From sequence record NC_048731.1: a DNA stretch of 64,000 bases; one strand, written 5' to 3'. This stretch comes from Escherichia phage fp01. The notes beneath the pieces are model-generated. The model was not told the DNA's origin. It ran no database searches and saw only the letters and a program-made list of their open reading frames with translations. Every line of letters begins with the position of its first letter. Position 1 is the first letter of the stretch. Shown one piece after another: positions 40,760 to 49,485 of the stretch. The position numbers were made by a program, and so were the translations under genes.

Positions 40760-42424
40760 TTATGCGAAAAATTTGCCGTTTTTAAAGTCAATCAAAGTGC
40801 GTTGCCCGTTGGCGTATGTAATTAAATGCGTTTGCGTCCAGCTTGACGCGCCAACGTTGTAACCCATATCCAGACTACCAGCTACGCCAGCGGTATAAAC
40901 GCCGCCATAAATGCTAGCGGTGTGAGTGTGTCCGGTGTTTAACTTGCCCAATTTCTTAAACTGCTTAGGATTGCCACGGCTGCCGTTTATGCCGTTATGA
41001 CCGTGTACACCACACTCAATGCCTGCAATTTTGAATGATTGATCAGTCGTTAGGAAAATCGCGTTAAACTCGCAACCTGCGACGCTACGCAGCGCATAAT
41101 CTAGCACGTTGAAAGTATCGTCATGATTACCGATTGCCGCGTAAATTGCAGCATTAAGGCGGTGATATAGTTCCGCATTGGCTGGGTCGTCTTTAATGTT
41201 AGCATTACGATCATCAAGCCAACGAGATAGCGCCAAATCGTGATTCGATTCAACAATGATCGTTTGACTAAAATCACGCTCCATCGATTCCAGCACGCGC
41301 CCGGTATCGATAAGATCATCAATAACCTTATCCCGTCCGGCTGCATACTGTTTCGCTAGAAATACACCGGAAGCGCGGTTATGATGATTGCGCGATGTAA
41401 AATCATGCACGTCATGGATAAACTGATATTTAGGCTTGAGAATATCAAGCAAACTATTGTCGCCAGCCCATGACGCTGCGGCGCACTCCTCATCTAATTT
41501 TTCGGCGTGAATGTCACCATACTGTAAGCCTAAAACATGCCCCGATGTTTCATAGCATCCGGCGGGAGTAGCGCAAACATTCAGATCATAAAACACCCCG
41601 CTTTCATCCATTGTTTCAAGCTGGCGAACAAAAAATTCACCGTCCTCATCGAACTCGACAATCAGCGCACCAAAGTTATGAAGTGCTTCCGCTTTCTGTC
41701 CTGCTTTCTGCTGAATGTAGTTTTTGAGTGTTGCCGTTCCGGTTGAATACATGCGGCGCACCACTTCACCTTTTAAAGCTGGGACGCTTTCGGCGGTGAT
41801 TTTAGCGTGACCAATTGCCAGACCCTCGATATTTAAAGCCGTTGCAGTTTCTGCAAATCCAGAAAGCGGATAATCTGCGGTTGGCAAAACATTAATTTCA
41901 GCCATGAAAGCAAAACGGCGGTTATTTAAAAACACGTTTTTGCTGCAAATATACTTATCAAAAGCGGAATCATATTTGATTCCGTCAGCACCTTCCCCAT
42001 TTTGGAATCCGTTTTTATTATAAATATACTTAGAAACAAGCAAATCAGCGCCGATAAATTTGGCATATTGTTCAAGCGAGGACAAAAAGTTTTTATGCGG
42101 GAAAGTATTATTCTGAATCGATGTAATAATAAAGCGTTTGCCTTGTTTTACTTCCCACTGTTCCACGGTACTAGAAACAATTCCAGCCGCTTCGGGGCGC
42201 TCATCGTTTTTAATGGCTTTTACCGCTTTCGCCGCTTTCGGTTTAGCTGGTTTATTTGCTTCCAGCCAGTCGCAGATAGCGGTTGAATGTTTTGCAGTAT
42301 CGTAAACCGCTTTTGATATATCGTCGCAGACCTCCAATTTAGTAGCGCGCAGACGTTTACCATAGAAATTAAAGTCAGCGGCTAGTTTCAGGATAGCGGT
42401 TTGTTTTTCTGCGGAAAAAATCAT
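40760..42424 (-). CDS. A1: pre-early A1-like protein with metallophosphatase (Mre11-like) motifs
   Basis: ~554 aa from 'MIFSAEK'; 'GDIHAE', 'ESNHD', 'GHNGINGSRG', 'TGHTHTA' phosphoesterase motifs; size and position match T5 A1 as recalled. Confidence 0.65.
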   Translation of the reverse strand: MIFSAEKQTAILKLAADFNFYGKRLRATKLEVCDDISKAVYDTAKHSTAICDWLEANKPAKPKAAKAVKAIKNDERPEAAGIVSSTVEQWEVKQGKRFIITSIQNNTFPHKNFLSSLEQYAKFIGADLLVSKYIYNKNGFQNGEGADGIKYDSAFDKYICSKNVFLNNRRFAFMAEINVLPTADYPLSGFAETATALNIEGLAIGHAKITAESVPALKGEVVRRMYSTGTATLKNYIQQKAGQKAEALHNFGALIVEFDEDGEFFVRQLETMDESGVFYDLNVCATPAGCYETSGHVLGLQYGDIHAEKLDEECAAASWAGDNSLLDILKPKYQFIHDVHDFTSRNHHNRASGVFLAKQYAAGRDKVIDDLIDTGRVLESMERDFSQTIIVESNHDLALSRWLDDRNANIKDDPANAELYHRLNAAIYAAIGNHDDTFNVLDYALRSVAGCEFNAIFLTTDQSFKIAGIECGVHGHNGINGSRGNPKQFKKLGKLNTGHTHTASIYGGVYTAGVAGSLDMGYNVGASSWTQTHLITYANGQRTLIDFKNGKFFA

Positions 42425-42518
42425 AGTAATAAACTCCATTAAAGGGATAAAAAACGTTTGTTATTGGCAATATTGCCAGATATAACGCCTTGAATAATAG
42501 GCGTTATAATTTGCAACA

Positions 42519-42716
42519 TTAATTTAAAGGCATAAGGCTAGAACTAACACCACAAACAACGGCGGCAATAAAACAAATCAGACCTAAACGCTTCGCTAAC
42601 TTAGATTTGCGTTTAAAATAATACGAATCTAAGTCATTTTGAAAATATGCGAACAATAACGAGGCCGCCATAATAAATAGTCCTAGAATCAGCGATTCAG
42701 TAGGGTAAAAGATCAT
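42519..42716 (-). CDS. small two-TM membrane protein (65 aa)
   Basis: 'MIFYPTESLILGLFIMAASLLFAYF...LICFIAAVVCGV'; leader 'CCCTTTAACTGGAG'. Confidence 0.4.
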   Translation of the reverse strand: MIFYPTESLILGLFIMAASLLFAYFQNDLDSYYFKRKSKLAKRLGLICFIAAVVCGVSSSLMPLN

Positions 42717-42745
42717 TTTAATAACTCCAGTTAAAGGGAAATTAT

Positions 42746-42765
42746 AGTGGGGAATAATCCCCACT
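42746..42765. promoter_or_regulatory. perfect inverted repeat between A2-like and small membrane genes
   Basis: 'AGTGGGGA-ATAA-TCCCCACT'. Confidence 0.35.
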
Positions 42766-42773
42766 AGTTAAAT

Positions 42774-43181
42774 TTATTCACCTGCGGCCTGTTTTACTTC
42801 ATCGGCAACGCCTAACAACTGCGCCACGGCGTCCAGCGTTTCCAGTTTCGCGCTTTCAAGGCTTGCCAGATCATCGGCGTCTTTGATAATGCCGGAATCA
42901 ATAGCGTGTTTTGCAATTACTCGCACATAATGAGCCTTGCGGATTGAACTGCCGCCGCCAACTTTGCGCGGCTTATCGCTTTTTTGATAGGCTTTCGCGC
43001 TGGTCAATTTTGAGCGAACGGATACGGGAGAAGTCGCGCCCACTGCCTTTGCAATCTCTTTCAGGCCGTCGCTATTTGCAAATTCTAAACCGTTTTCGTT
43101 GATTAACTGCTGATACAGGGTAACAGCTTTTTGGGTGTTGTCTTCATTCCAAGTGAATTTTGCGGTTTTTGCGTTAGTCAT
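42774..43181 (-). CDS. hypothetical pre-early protein (A2-sized, possibly DNA-binding)
   Basis: 135 aa, Lys/Ala-rich; upstream of the A1-like gene in the same operon; leader 'TTAAATTAATTGGAGTTT'. Identity with T5 A2 is a guess from order and size. Confidence 0.3.
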   Translation of the reverse strand: MTNAKTAKFTWNEDNTQKAVTLYQQLINENGLEFANSDGLKEIAKAVGATSPVSVRSKLTSAKAYQKSDKPRKVGGGSSIRKAHYVRVIAKHAIDSGIIKDADDLASLESAKLETLDAVAQLLGVADEVKQAAGE

Positions 43182-43279
43182 GGTAAAAACTCCAATTAAT
43201 TTAATTTAAGGGATTAGATTAACTAATGTTAATCGTTATAACCCTCCTTATTCTAGGAGGGTATAAAGTTAACACTAAT

Positions 43280-43531
43280 TTATAATACAGCTTCCCATTT
43301 TTCGTTGCGTTGAACAACCTTTACAACATCGCCTGATTTAACGCGAACGTTATAAACGGTTTTGCCGTTGTTACTGCGTTCTGTTTCAGCGTATACCGCG
43401 TCGATTGTATCGAACGGCATAAGCGCCGCGCCTTTAATACGTTCGGCCTTTCCGGTTAATTCATCCGTTTTAGTAACGAAAGGAATAAAAACGGATTGAC
43501 CAATTTTAGGCGTGGTAATAACGTTTTGCAT
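43280..43531 (-). CDS. hypothetical protein (83 aa)
   Basis: ORF with 'GGAG' RBS. Confidence 0.45.
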   Translation of the reverse strand: MQNVITTPKIGQSVFIPFVTKTDELTGKAERIKGAALMPFDTIDAVYAETERSNNGKTVYNVRVKSGDVVKVVQRNEKWEAVL

Positions 43532-43762
43532 AATATAGACTCCAGTTTATTCAGTGGATTGTTCCGCATTACCTGCTAGAAAATAACAGGTAATAAGAAA
43601 AAATCCGCTCGCCATTATAAAATCAAATTAAAGAACTCCACGCGGGCCGCTATATCCCAGTTAGGGGGCGAGACACATTATGGTAAGTGCCGACCGTCAA
43701 ATTGTATCAAGTTATCGCTCTTTTCGAACTGGGTATATCTTAAAAGCCCATCGGCTAGGTTG

Positions 43763-43963
43763 TCAAACTATTTTTTGCAGTTTTTTATGATTTTCCTTCA
43801 GGTCAATCATAATATTACGCCAGATCATTTCTAAACCTTGCTGGCGCCCTTTCTTGTACTGCGTGAAGCGGTATTTTACCGATCTTTGCGCTACTGTCAA
43901 TAATTTTTTAGTTTCGCTATCCAGTGCCTTGCTAGGTTTACCAGTGATCAATAGAGTTTGCAT
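43763..43963 (-). CDS. hypothetical basic protein (66 aa)
   Basis: ORF; coupled to an upstream 52-aa ORF by TAATG overlap. Confidence 0.35.
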   Translation of the reverse strand: MQTLLITGKPSKALDSETKKLLTVAQRSVKYRFTQYKKGRQQGLEMIWRNIMIDLKENHKKLQKIV

Positions 43964-44121
43964 TATTTGAGATCCTCCAAAGCGTATAAACCTTTGCCAT
44001 CATTGCAGATTATTACTGCTTCTGAATAGGTGGCATGATATTCGTTTGCCGCTTTTACCCATTGCTCGATCTTTTCGATCGTGTCGTGGGTAGCTGGATG
44101 ATCGTTATATATTGTTTGCAT
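43963..44121 (-). CDS. hypothetical protein (52 aa)
   Basis: ORF 'MQTIYNDHPATHDTIEKIEQWVKAANEYH...' translationally coupled to the next gene. Confidence 0.25.
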   Translation of the reverse strand: MQTIYNDHPATHDTIEKIEQWVKAANEYHATYSEAVIICNDGKGLYALEDLK

Positions 44122-44583
44122 ATCGTCGATTCCTTATAATGAATAAGTTTACCGCCGATAGGCTTTTAAGATATACCCAATTTTTAAAGAGCGCGGCGGT
44201 AAACTCCCCGCCGTGTAGTTCGTCATTGCCGCCCTACGAGATAAATAATAACAAACAACGAAAAAGGCGCAACCTTATATTTGTAAAGAAATGTAAAGAC
44301 AAAATCCACCGGACACCGTGCGGCGATCTGGGCGCGACGGCCTAAAATTAAAAGAAACGGGCGCGCGAATACCACAAAACACAGCAGATAAGCAAGTAAT
44401 TTTTTCATTTATATTTGCTTTGCCCTACTTGACAAAATCTAAAAAGCTCGTGGCGACGATAAACGACGTGGCCCCTTATGATTGGATGGCTAAAAACTTT
44501 ACTGCGTTCTGGGGCGTTTCAGGCCGCTTATTTTCGACTTAACAAATCATTAACAAACGCAAAATTGAAAAATAGTTGGAAAA

Positions 44584-44609
44584 GGTCTTGACTTTTAAAA
44601 ATCAAGACC
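44584..44609 (-). terminator. hairpin downstream of HNH gene
   Basis: 'GGTCTTGA-(10 nt)-TCAAGACC'. Confidence 0.4.
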
Positions 44610-44633
44610 AAATGACTTAATTTATTAAATTAA

Positions 44634-45152
44634 TTAATTGACAATTCCAAATTCAGCTTTTTTAGTTTCAAGCCATAATAATAACTCTTGTAAATCATAA
44701 CCTGACTTACTAACACGCTTGTTAGTAATAGGATTCTTAATTTGAGCAGTCAAATAGTCACGCCCGTAACTATCACGGGGGCGAACTTTATTAACGTAAA
44801 TGTTTTTAGGGATACCATTAGCACGCTTACAGTTTTCATACTCACTAGGAGTACGATTATAATTATTCTGCGAACTATCAACCGCGCGAAGATTCCAGAT
44901 GTTATTATTACGAGTGTTACGATCGATATGATCAATCATTAGCTCGCTATCTATACCGCCATTCATTATACAAAAGATAATTCTATGTACTTTTAACTGT
45001 CCCATGCCTAATAGTTCAACTTGCCAATAATTACCATTTAAACCACCTGCGACGGCGTGATCTTCCCGCCAACGTAAAAATGATAACGCTGTTTCATCAT
45101 AATAAAAGTAACTATTAAAAAGATCATAATCTATATCTTTATATTTACCCAT
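44634..45152 (-). CDS. HNH homing endonuclease
   Basis: 'IDHIDRNTRNNNIWNLRAV' HNH motif; gene is markedly AT-richer than its GC-richer surroundings. Confidence 0.65.
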   Translation of the reverse strand: MGKYKDIDYDLFNSYFYYDETALSFLRWREDHAVAGGLNGNYWQVELLGMGQLKVHRIIFCIMNGGIDSELMIDHIDRNTRNNNIWNLRAVDSSQNNYNRTPSEYENCKRANGIPKNIYVNKVRPRDSYGRDYLTAQIKNPITNKRVSKSGYDLQELLLWLETKKAEFGIVN

Positions 45153-45717
45153 TGTTATAGTTTCCTTATGTTATTAATTTAATCTCTATTATATTATATC
45201 AAAACAATTAGCAGACTAGCTAATGAGTTTTTCAGGTTTAATTAGCAGACTCATAATCACTCTAAAAACCTATTAGCCAACTAACTATATTTTATTATAT
45301 AATAACTGTATAAATTAGTTAGTGAGAACCACTATCATTTAAGTTACCCACAGCCTTATACATTTTGTAAAATAATTTGACACAATAGGCGGCGATATGA
45401 GGGCTTTTACACAGACTTATCCACAGGTTATTCCACTGTATAAATATACAGGGTAAAAAGGTAGTGTTAACAACTGCAATCAATTTTAAGCGGCCTAAAA
45501 CGCTTTCTAACGAGCTAAACGCTGCGGGGTAGTATTAAAGTAAAGCCTTCACCCGTCGGCCTGGTGGCTTCGCCGTGTCTTGCTCTTTACTACACCGCTG
45601 CGCGGTTAGCATAAAACTAGGTGTTAGGCAAGGAAAATAAAAAAGTAAAATAATCTTTGCCTATGCTAGAAAATTACCCTTATCATTCACTCACCGATTA
45701 ACGAGGGAGGCCAACAA

Positions 45718-46704
45718 ATGCGGCTATATAAACCAGATAACGCAACCGTCTTAAAAGGTGCGCTGCGTAACCTGCTGGACGGTAGCAGAACAACCAGCAT
45801 TAAACATTTTGTTTTCAATATTGAAACTATTCATCAAAACTTTTTTGATGATTATGATGCTTACAATATGAATAGTTTTCTACCGTTATATAAGCAAGGG
45901 GCAACGCTTGTTTTATATAATCAGGATTATCAATTACTTACTAGTAGGGGGCCGGATACTGATTTCATAGTCGTAAAAGGCAACACAGTAAAAGCCTATG
46001 ATACTGGGGCGGGCTTAGAAGTTTTTTCAATAGAAAACTATGAAGCCAATGATAATGATCTTTATGACGTAGAAAATTTTCTTGATTCATTTTGGCGTTA
46101 TTTATCAGTTGGCTGGAATCGGTCGGATTCTGATGGGTATCGTTTTGCGGCTATAATGGCCTTTGATGATAACGGTAATTTTTTGCTACCGTCGGAGTTA
46201 TATAATCGGGTATATGAAGGCGATATTGTTGACGCCGGATTTTCTTTCGAAAGGGAAGAAAGTATTGACAGTATAGAAAAACATGCTGTAAATTCTAACA
46301 CTAAAAGCGTTCACACTCAAACTACTGAAAACAAAGGAAAAAATGCCATGACCAAGATCGCTAACATCGTTGCCGCCAATAAGTCTGCCGTTGTAAACGC
46401 TGCAAAACTGGAAGCGGGTAAAATTGCACTGACTCAAATTACGAAAGTAGCGGCTAAAAAAGCACCGTTCATGATCAAAGGCTATATTGATACGCCGATT
46501 GGTCGTGTAGTGATCGCTAACCTGCTGAGTGTAGCGGTTGACCAGTACGCCCCGAGTAACCAGAAAGCGAAAGCGGTAGCAGGGGCGGCTATGGAAGCGG
46601 CGATGTTGGAAATGGTGCAAAGTTTTAACATCGCTGAGATGATTGATGAAATGGTAAAAGGTATCGATATTTCTACTTTCACCACTAACACCGAAAGCGA
46701 GTAA
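45718..46704 (+). CDS. hypothetical protein, acidic N-terminal half and Ala/Lys-rich C-terminal half
   Basis: 328 aa; RBS 'GAGGGAGG'; first gene of a tightly packed plus-strand operon. Confidence 0.6.
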   Translation: MRLYKPDNATVLKGALRNLLDGSRTTSIKHFVFNIETIHQNFFDDYDAYNMNSFLPLYKQGATLVLYNQDYQLLTSRGPDTDFIVVKGNTVKAYDTGAGLEVFSIENYEANDNDLYDVENFLDSFWRYLSVGWNRSDSDGYRFAAIMAFDDNGNFLLPSELYNRVYEGDIVDAGFSFEREESIDSIEKHAVNSNTKSVHTQTTENKGKNAMTKIANIVAANKSAVVNAAKLEAGKIALTQITKVAAKKAPFMIKGYIDTPIGRVVIANLLSVAVDQYAPSNQKAKAVAGAAMEAAMLEMVQSFNIAEMIDEMVKGIDISTFTTNTESE

Positions 46705-46768
46705 TAATAACTAGCGGGGTAACAATCCCCGCTTTACTATTCCCTTGTTAATTAATAGGAGGCTAATT

Positions 46769-47086
46769 ATGCAGCTTAACAAAAAAATGCTAGAACAATT
46801 GCGGGGTAGAATCCAGCGCGATGACTACCCTCACATTAATTATTCTTCGGAAGTAGTAGACACTGCCGATTCATGGAAAAAAGCAGGTTACCCCTATGTA
46901 TGGCAACATGCAGAAAGCGCAAACGGATTCCATGCCTTTCGTGATTTAGGTCATGGAAAACTTTGCGTTTTTAAAGGTGAGTTATTAATAGGAGTATCAG
47001 AATCGGAAGTAATCACGGATGAGGTTGTATTCTTAGACAATGACCAATATGAAACAGGCAATCAGTTTTATTTTCCCGCTAATTAA
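46769..47086 (+). CDS. hypothetical protein (105 aa)
   Basis: Start 'MQLNKKM' preceded by 'TTAATTAATAGGAGGCTAATT'. Confidence 0.55.
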   Translation: MQLNKKMLEQLRGRIQRDDYPHINYSSEVVDTADSWKKAGYPYVWQHAESANGFHAFRDLGHGKLCVFKGELLIGVSESEVITDEVVFLDNDQYETGNQFYFPAN

Positions 47087-47100
47087 TAGGAGGCTAATTA

Positions 47101-47595
47101 ATGGCTGAAGAAAAATATGGCTTCTCACTGGGAGAAGTGAGCACGGCAAAACATGATATGATCATTTTAGTCGATTGTCATACTGGCTATTGCGGGGAAG
47201 GGAATACCGAGGAATATTTTGTTCCTGCTGGTACGGATCTAGACGCTTTCGCTCAGGAAATGGCTATTGATAATGCTTCTCGTTTTGGTAGCGATGGCTA
47301 TGAAGACGAGGAAACTGGCGAATGGTATGAAAATGAAAACGTATATGCGAGCCTTTATCATTATCAATTAAGTAAATCCGGCACATATGTAAACGGCGGC
47401 GATCCTATTAATTCCGTCATGAAATTAATTATTAAACACGGTGGCGTCGAGATAATTGATAACAAAGCGGTAATATATGCAAACCGATTAAAACAGCTTG
47501 TTTATATCCCTGATAGTACCCGATGGGATGAATACGCCGTTTTGCATGACGAATTGAAACGATGTTTCAATGTTGAAGCCTTACAAGTAGTCTAA
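47101..47595 (+). CDS. hypothetical acidic protein (164 aa)
   Basis: Preceded by the same 'TTAATTAATAGGAGGCTAATTA' cassette; Asp/Glu/Tyr-rich. Confidence 0.6.
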   Translation: MAEEKYGFSLGEVSTAKHDMIILVDCHTGYCGEGNTEEYFVPAGTDLDAFAQEMAIDNASRFGSDGYEDEETGEWYENENVYASLYHYQLSKSGTYVNGGDPINSVMKLIIKHGGVEIIDNKAVIYANRLKQLVYIPDSTRWDEYAVLHDELKRCFNVEALQVV

Positions 47596-47701
47596 TGTAA
47601 AGTTTTGTAAAGGTCGCCTTTTATGGTGGCCTTTTTTGCTATAATGCCTTTACACCGTTTGAGGACGGTTGAAAATTTTCCCAAAAATTTGGAGGCTTAA
47701 A

Positions 47702-47932
47702 ATGGTTGCTTATTCTTCTTCTGACGCTCTTTTCACTGGGAAAGGCTGGGTATCTAATCGCTGGATTATTCAAGAAATGGTGCAAGAATACGGCATTGCT
47801 AAAACTTACACTACCATTCAGGCGCTTTATGATAATGATCAAATCGATCAGCAAACGGCGGGCTTTTTGCTGGATACCCTGAAAGCGGAACACTGTACCA
47901 AAAAACAAGCGGCAAAAATTGTTTTAATGTAA
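47702..47932 (+). CDS. hypothetical protein (76 aa)
   Basis: ATG at 47702 with 'GGAGG' RBS; preceded by a 'TATAAT' element at 47639-47644. Confidence 0.45.
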   Translation: MVAYSSSDALFTGKGWVSNRWIIQEMVQEYGIAKTYTTIQALYDNDQIDQQTAGFLLDTLKAEHCTKKQAAKIVLM

Positions 47933-47981
47933 TTAATAACGGGGCGTTACTTTCGCCCCACTAACTAGGGGAGTAGTACAA

Positions 47982-48164
47982 ATGGTTATTTTTCGAGCTG
48001 TTCTAGCAGGTATCTTGGGCGCTATTTTGACCCTTTTCGCCACCGCGTATGGTATTCAGGATTCCTATTGCGGTTTGGTAAATACAAAACCAATGGTTAC
48101 TATTGGCGCTGGCATTGCTGTATTTTCTTATCTGCTAGGCTGCATGACTAGTAAAGGAGAATAA
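47982..48164 (+). CDS. small membrane protein (60 aa, two TM)
   Basis: Hydrophobic 'VIFRAVLAGILGAILTLFATAYG' and 'TIGAGIAVFSYLLGC'. Confidence 0.45.
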   Translation: MVIFRAVLAGILGAILTLFATAYGIQDSYCGLVNTKPMVTIGAGIAVFSYLLGCMTSKGE

Positions 48165-48166
48165 AA

Positions 48167-48379
48167 ATGATCCGCAACGTTTCTCTTGCACGTTCGAAAG
48201 GCTTTAAGCTGGTGGATGCTAACACGTTCGAGCGTCTTGATTGTAAAATCGAATATGTAGCACGTAACAAAAATGCCTTTCGTGTTACCGAGAAAAAATT
48301 TGACAAGCGCGGCAACGTGATCGCTGAAACGGTTAAACACTTTGCCACCTTTTACGCTGCGTTTCGTGGGGTGTTATAA
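48167..48379 (+). CDS. hypothetical basic protein (70 aa)
   Basis: 'AAGGAG' RBS; coupled to neighbours. Confidence 0.45.
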   Translation: MIRNVSLARSKGFKLVDANTFERLDCKIEYVARNKNAFRVTEKKFDKRGNVIAETVKHFATFYAAFRGVL

Positions 48380-48380
48380 A

Positions 48381-48725
48381 ATGGTTATTTATGAAGGCAA
48401 TCGTTTTGTTGCTAATTGCCGCCCGGCATTGTTAGCAAACTATTTAAATCAGCTTTCGCCAGCTTATAAGGGCGTTATTAATATTTATGAGGGCAAGGCA
48501 CATTATAAAATTAATGCGGTCGTTGCCCGTGAACTAGCATTTCAATTTTTGACCTTTGCATCTTGTGACGTTCAAGTTATGGGTGAAGCATTAATTGCGG
48601 AAAATGAAGAGGATTTTATTAATATTTTCCGCAAGGTATGCACCGAGCGCCTGATAATGAAAGGCGCGTATATTCAATCCACTGCGGATAGTATTGAAAC
48701 AGCGTTTCGAAAGGTGGCACAATGA
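48381..48725 (+). CDS. hypothetical protein (114 aa)
   Basis: ATG at 48381 directly after upstream stop. Confidence 0.5.
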   Translation: MVIYEGNRFVANCRPALLANYLNQLSPAYKGVINIYEGKAHYKINAVVARELAFQFLTFASCDVQVMGEALIAENEEDFINIFRKVCTERLIMKGAYIQSTADSIETAFRKVAQ

Positions 48726-48880
48726 AAAAGTTTTTAATAGCTGGCATGTTTCCTTTGTTGCCTTATGTAATTTGCTGGGCTTTATATGCTCATGGTGCTA
48801 GTGTTCCCGGTGTGGCTGCATTTGGTGTATCAGCGGGCTTTCTAGCCGGACTACTAGCAAGCGTATATTTACGCAAGTAA
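48722..48880 (+). CDS. small membrane protein (52 aa)
   Basis: 'MKKFLIAGMFPLLPYVICWALYAHGASVPGVAAFGVSAGFLAGLLASVYLRK'; ATGA overlap with previous gene. Confidence 0.4.
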   Translation: MKKFLIAGMFPLLPYVICWALYAHGASVPGVAAFGVSAGFLAGLLASVYLRK

Positions 48881-48899
48881 TTAACAACGGAGCGTTATT

Positions 48900-49094
48900 A
48901 TGAGCAATAAAATTATTGTAACCAAAACCAGCACAACGGTTGATGTTTTTTACGTGCCCGATACGCCGGAAAACCGACAAGCGGTCGAGCGTGGGGAATA
49001 TGATAAAGTGATTTATGATCACGATGGTTATTATCAGTATTTGGTGGATTCATATGGGGAGGAGGAAAAGATCACGCACCGACTACCGGACTAA
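48900..49094 (+). CDS. hypothetical acidic protein (64 aa)
   Basis: Last ORF before the repeat landscape. Confidence 0.45.
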   Translation: MSNKIIVTKTSTTVDVFYVPDTPENRQAVERGEYDKVIYDHDGYYQYLVDSYGEEEKITHRLPD

Positions 49095-49133
49095 TAATCA
49101 CGGGGCGCAACTATCAGGAAGTGCCCCCAATTC

Positions 49134-49158
49134 TCAAATGAGAATGATTCTCATTTGA
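49134..49158. repeat. perfect 25-nt palindrome
   Basis: 'TCAAATGAGAAT-G-ATTCTCATTTGA'; motif 'AAATGAGAATGATTCT' recurs at ~49650 and ~49700. Confidence 0.85.
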
Positions 49159-49360
49159 CCGCGCCCGCGATGGTTAGCCTGCTAATGGTTAGGGTGTTAC
49201 GTGTCGCCTTGTGTGATCGTTAGCGAGCTAACTAATTTTCAAGCCTCCTCCAATTTTGCCCTTGTTTTAGTATCCCCACCAAAATTAAACGCGTTAGAAT
49301 GCGTTTGAGGGCGTTTTAGCGGTATATTAGAATTATTCACTGCGTAGGAATACTGTATAT

Positions 49361-49460
49361 TTATCCAGTAGGATAAGCTGTGGATAAGTCTGTTGATAAC
49401 GCTTCAAAACGGCTAGGATTTTGTCAAGTCAAATCGTGCTGTTGATAAGTCTGGGGATAA
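49361..49460. promoter_or_regulatory. cluster of DnaA-box-like 9-mers
   Basis: 'TGTGGATAA' (perfect complement of TTATCCACA) plus 'TGTTGATAA' x2, 'TGGGGATAA', 'TTATCCAGT' within ~100 bp. Confidence 0.6.
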
Positions 49461-49485
49461 CTTAAATAATAGTGTTTCTCACTTC

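Noticed and set aside
42774-43181. Confident assignment of the 135-aa protein as T5 A2
   Set aside because: Supported only by size and position next to the A1-like gene; no motif I can verify, so it is reported as A2-sized hypothetical only.
47639-47644. Stand-alone promoter call from the 'TATAAT' upstream of the 76-aa gene
   Set aside because: No convincing -35 element at the right spacing and the preceding hairpin is imperfect; left unannotated.
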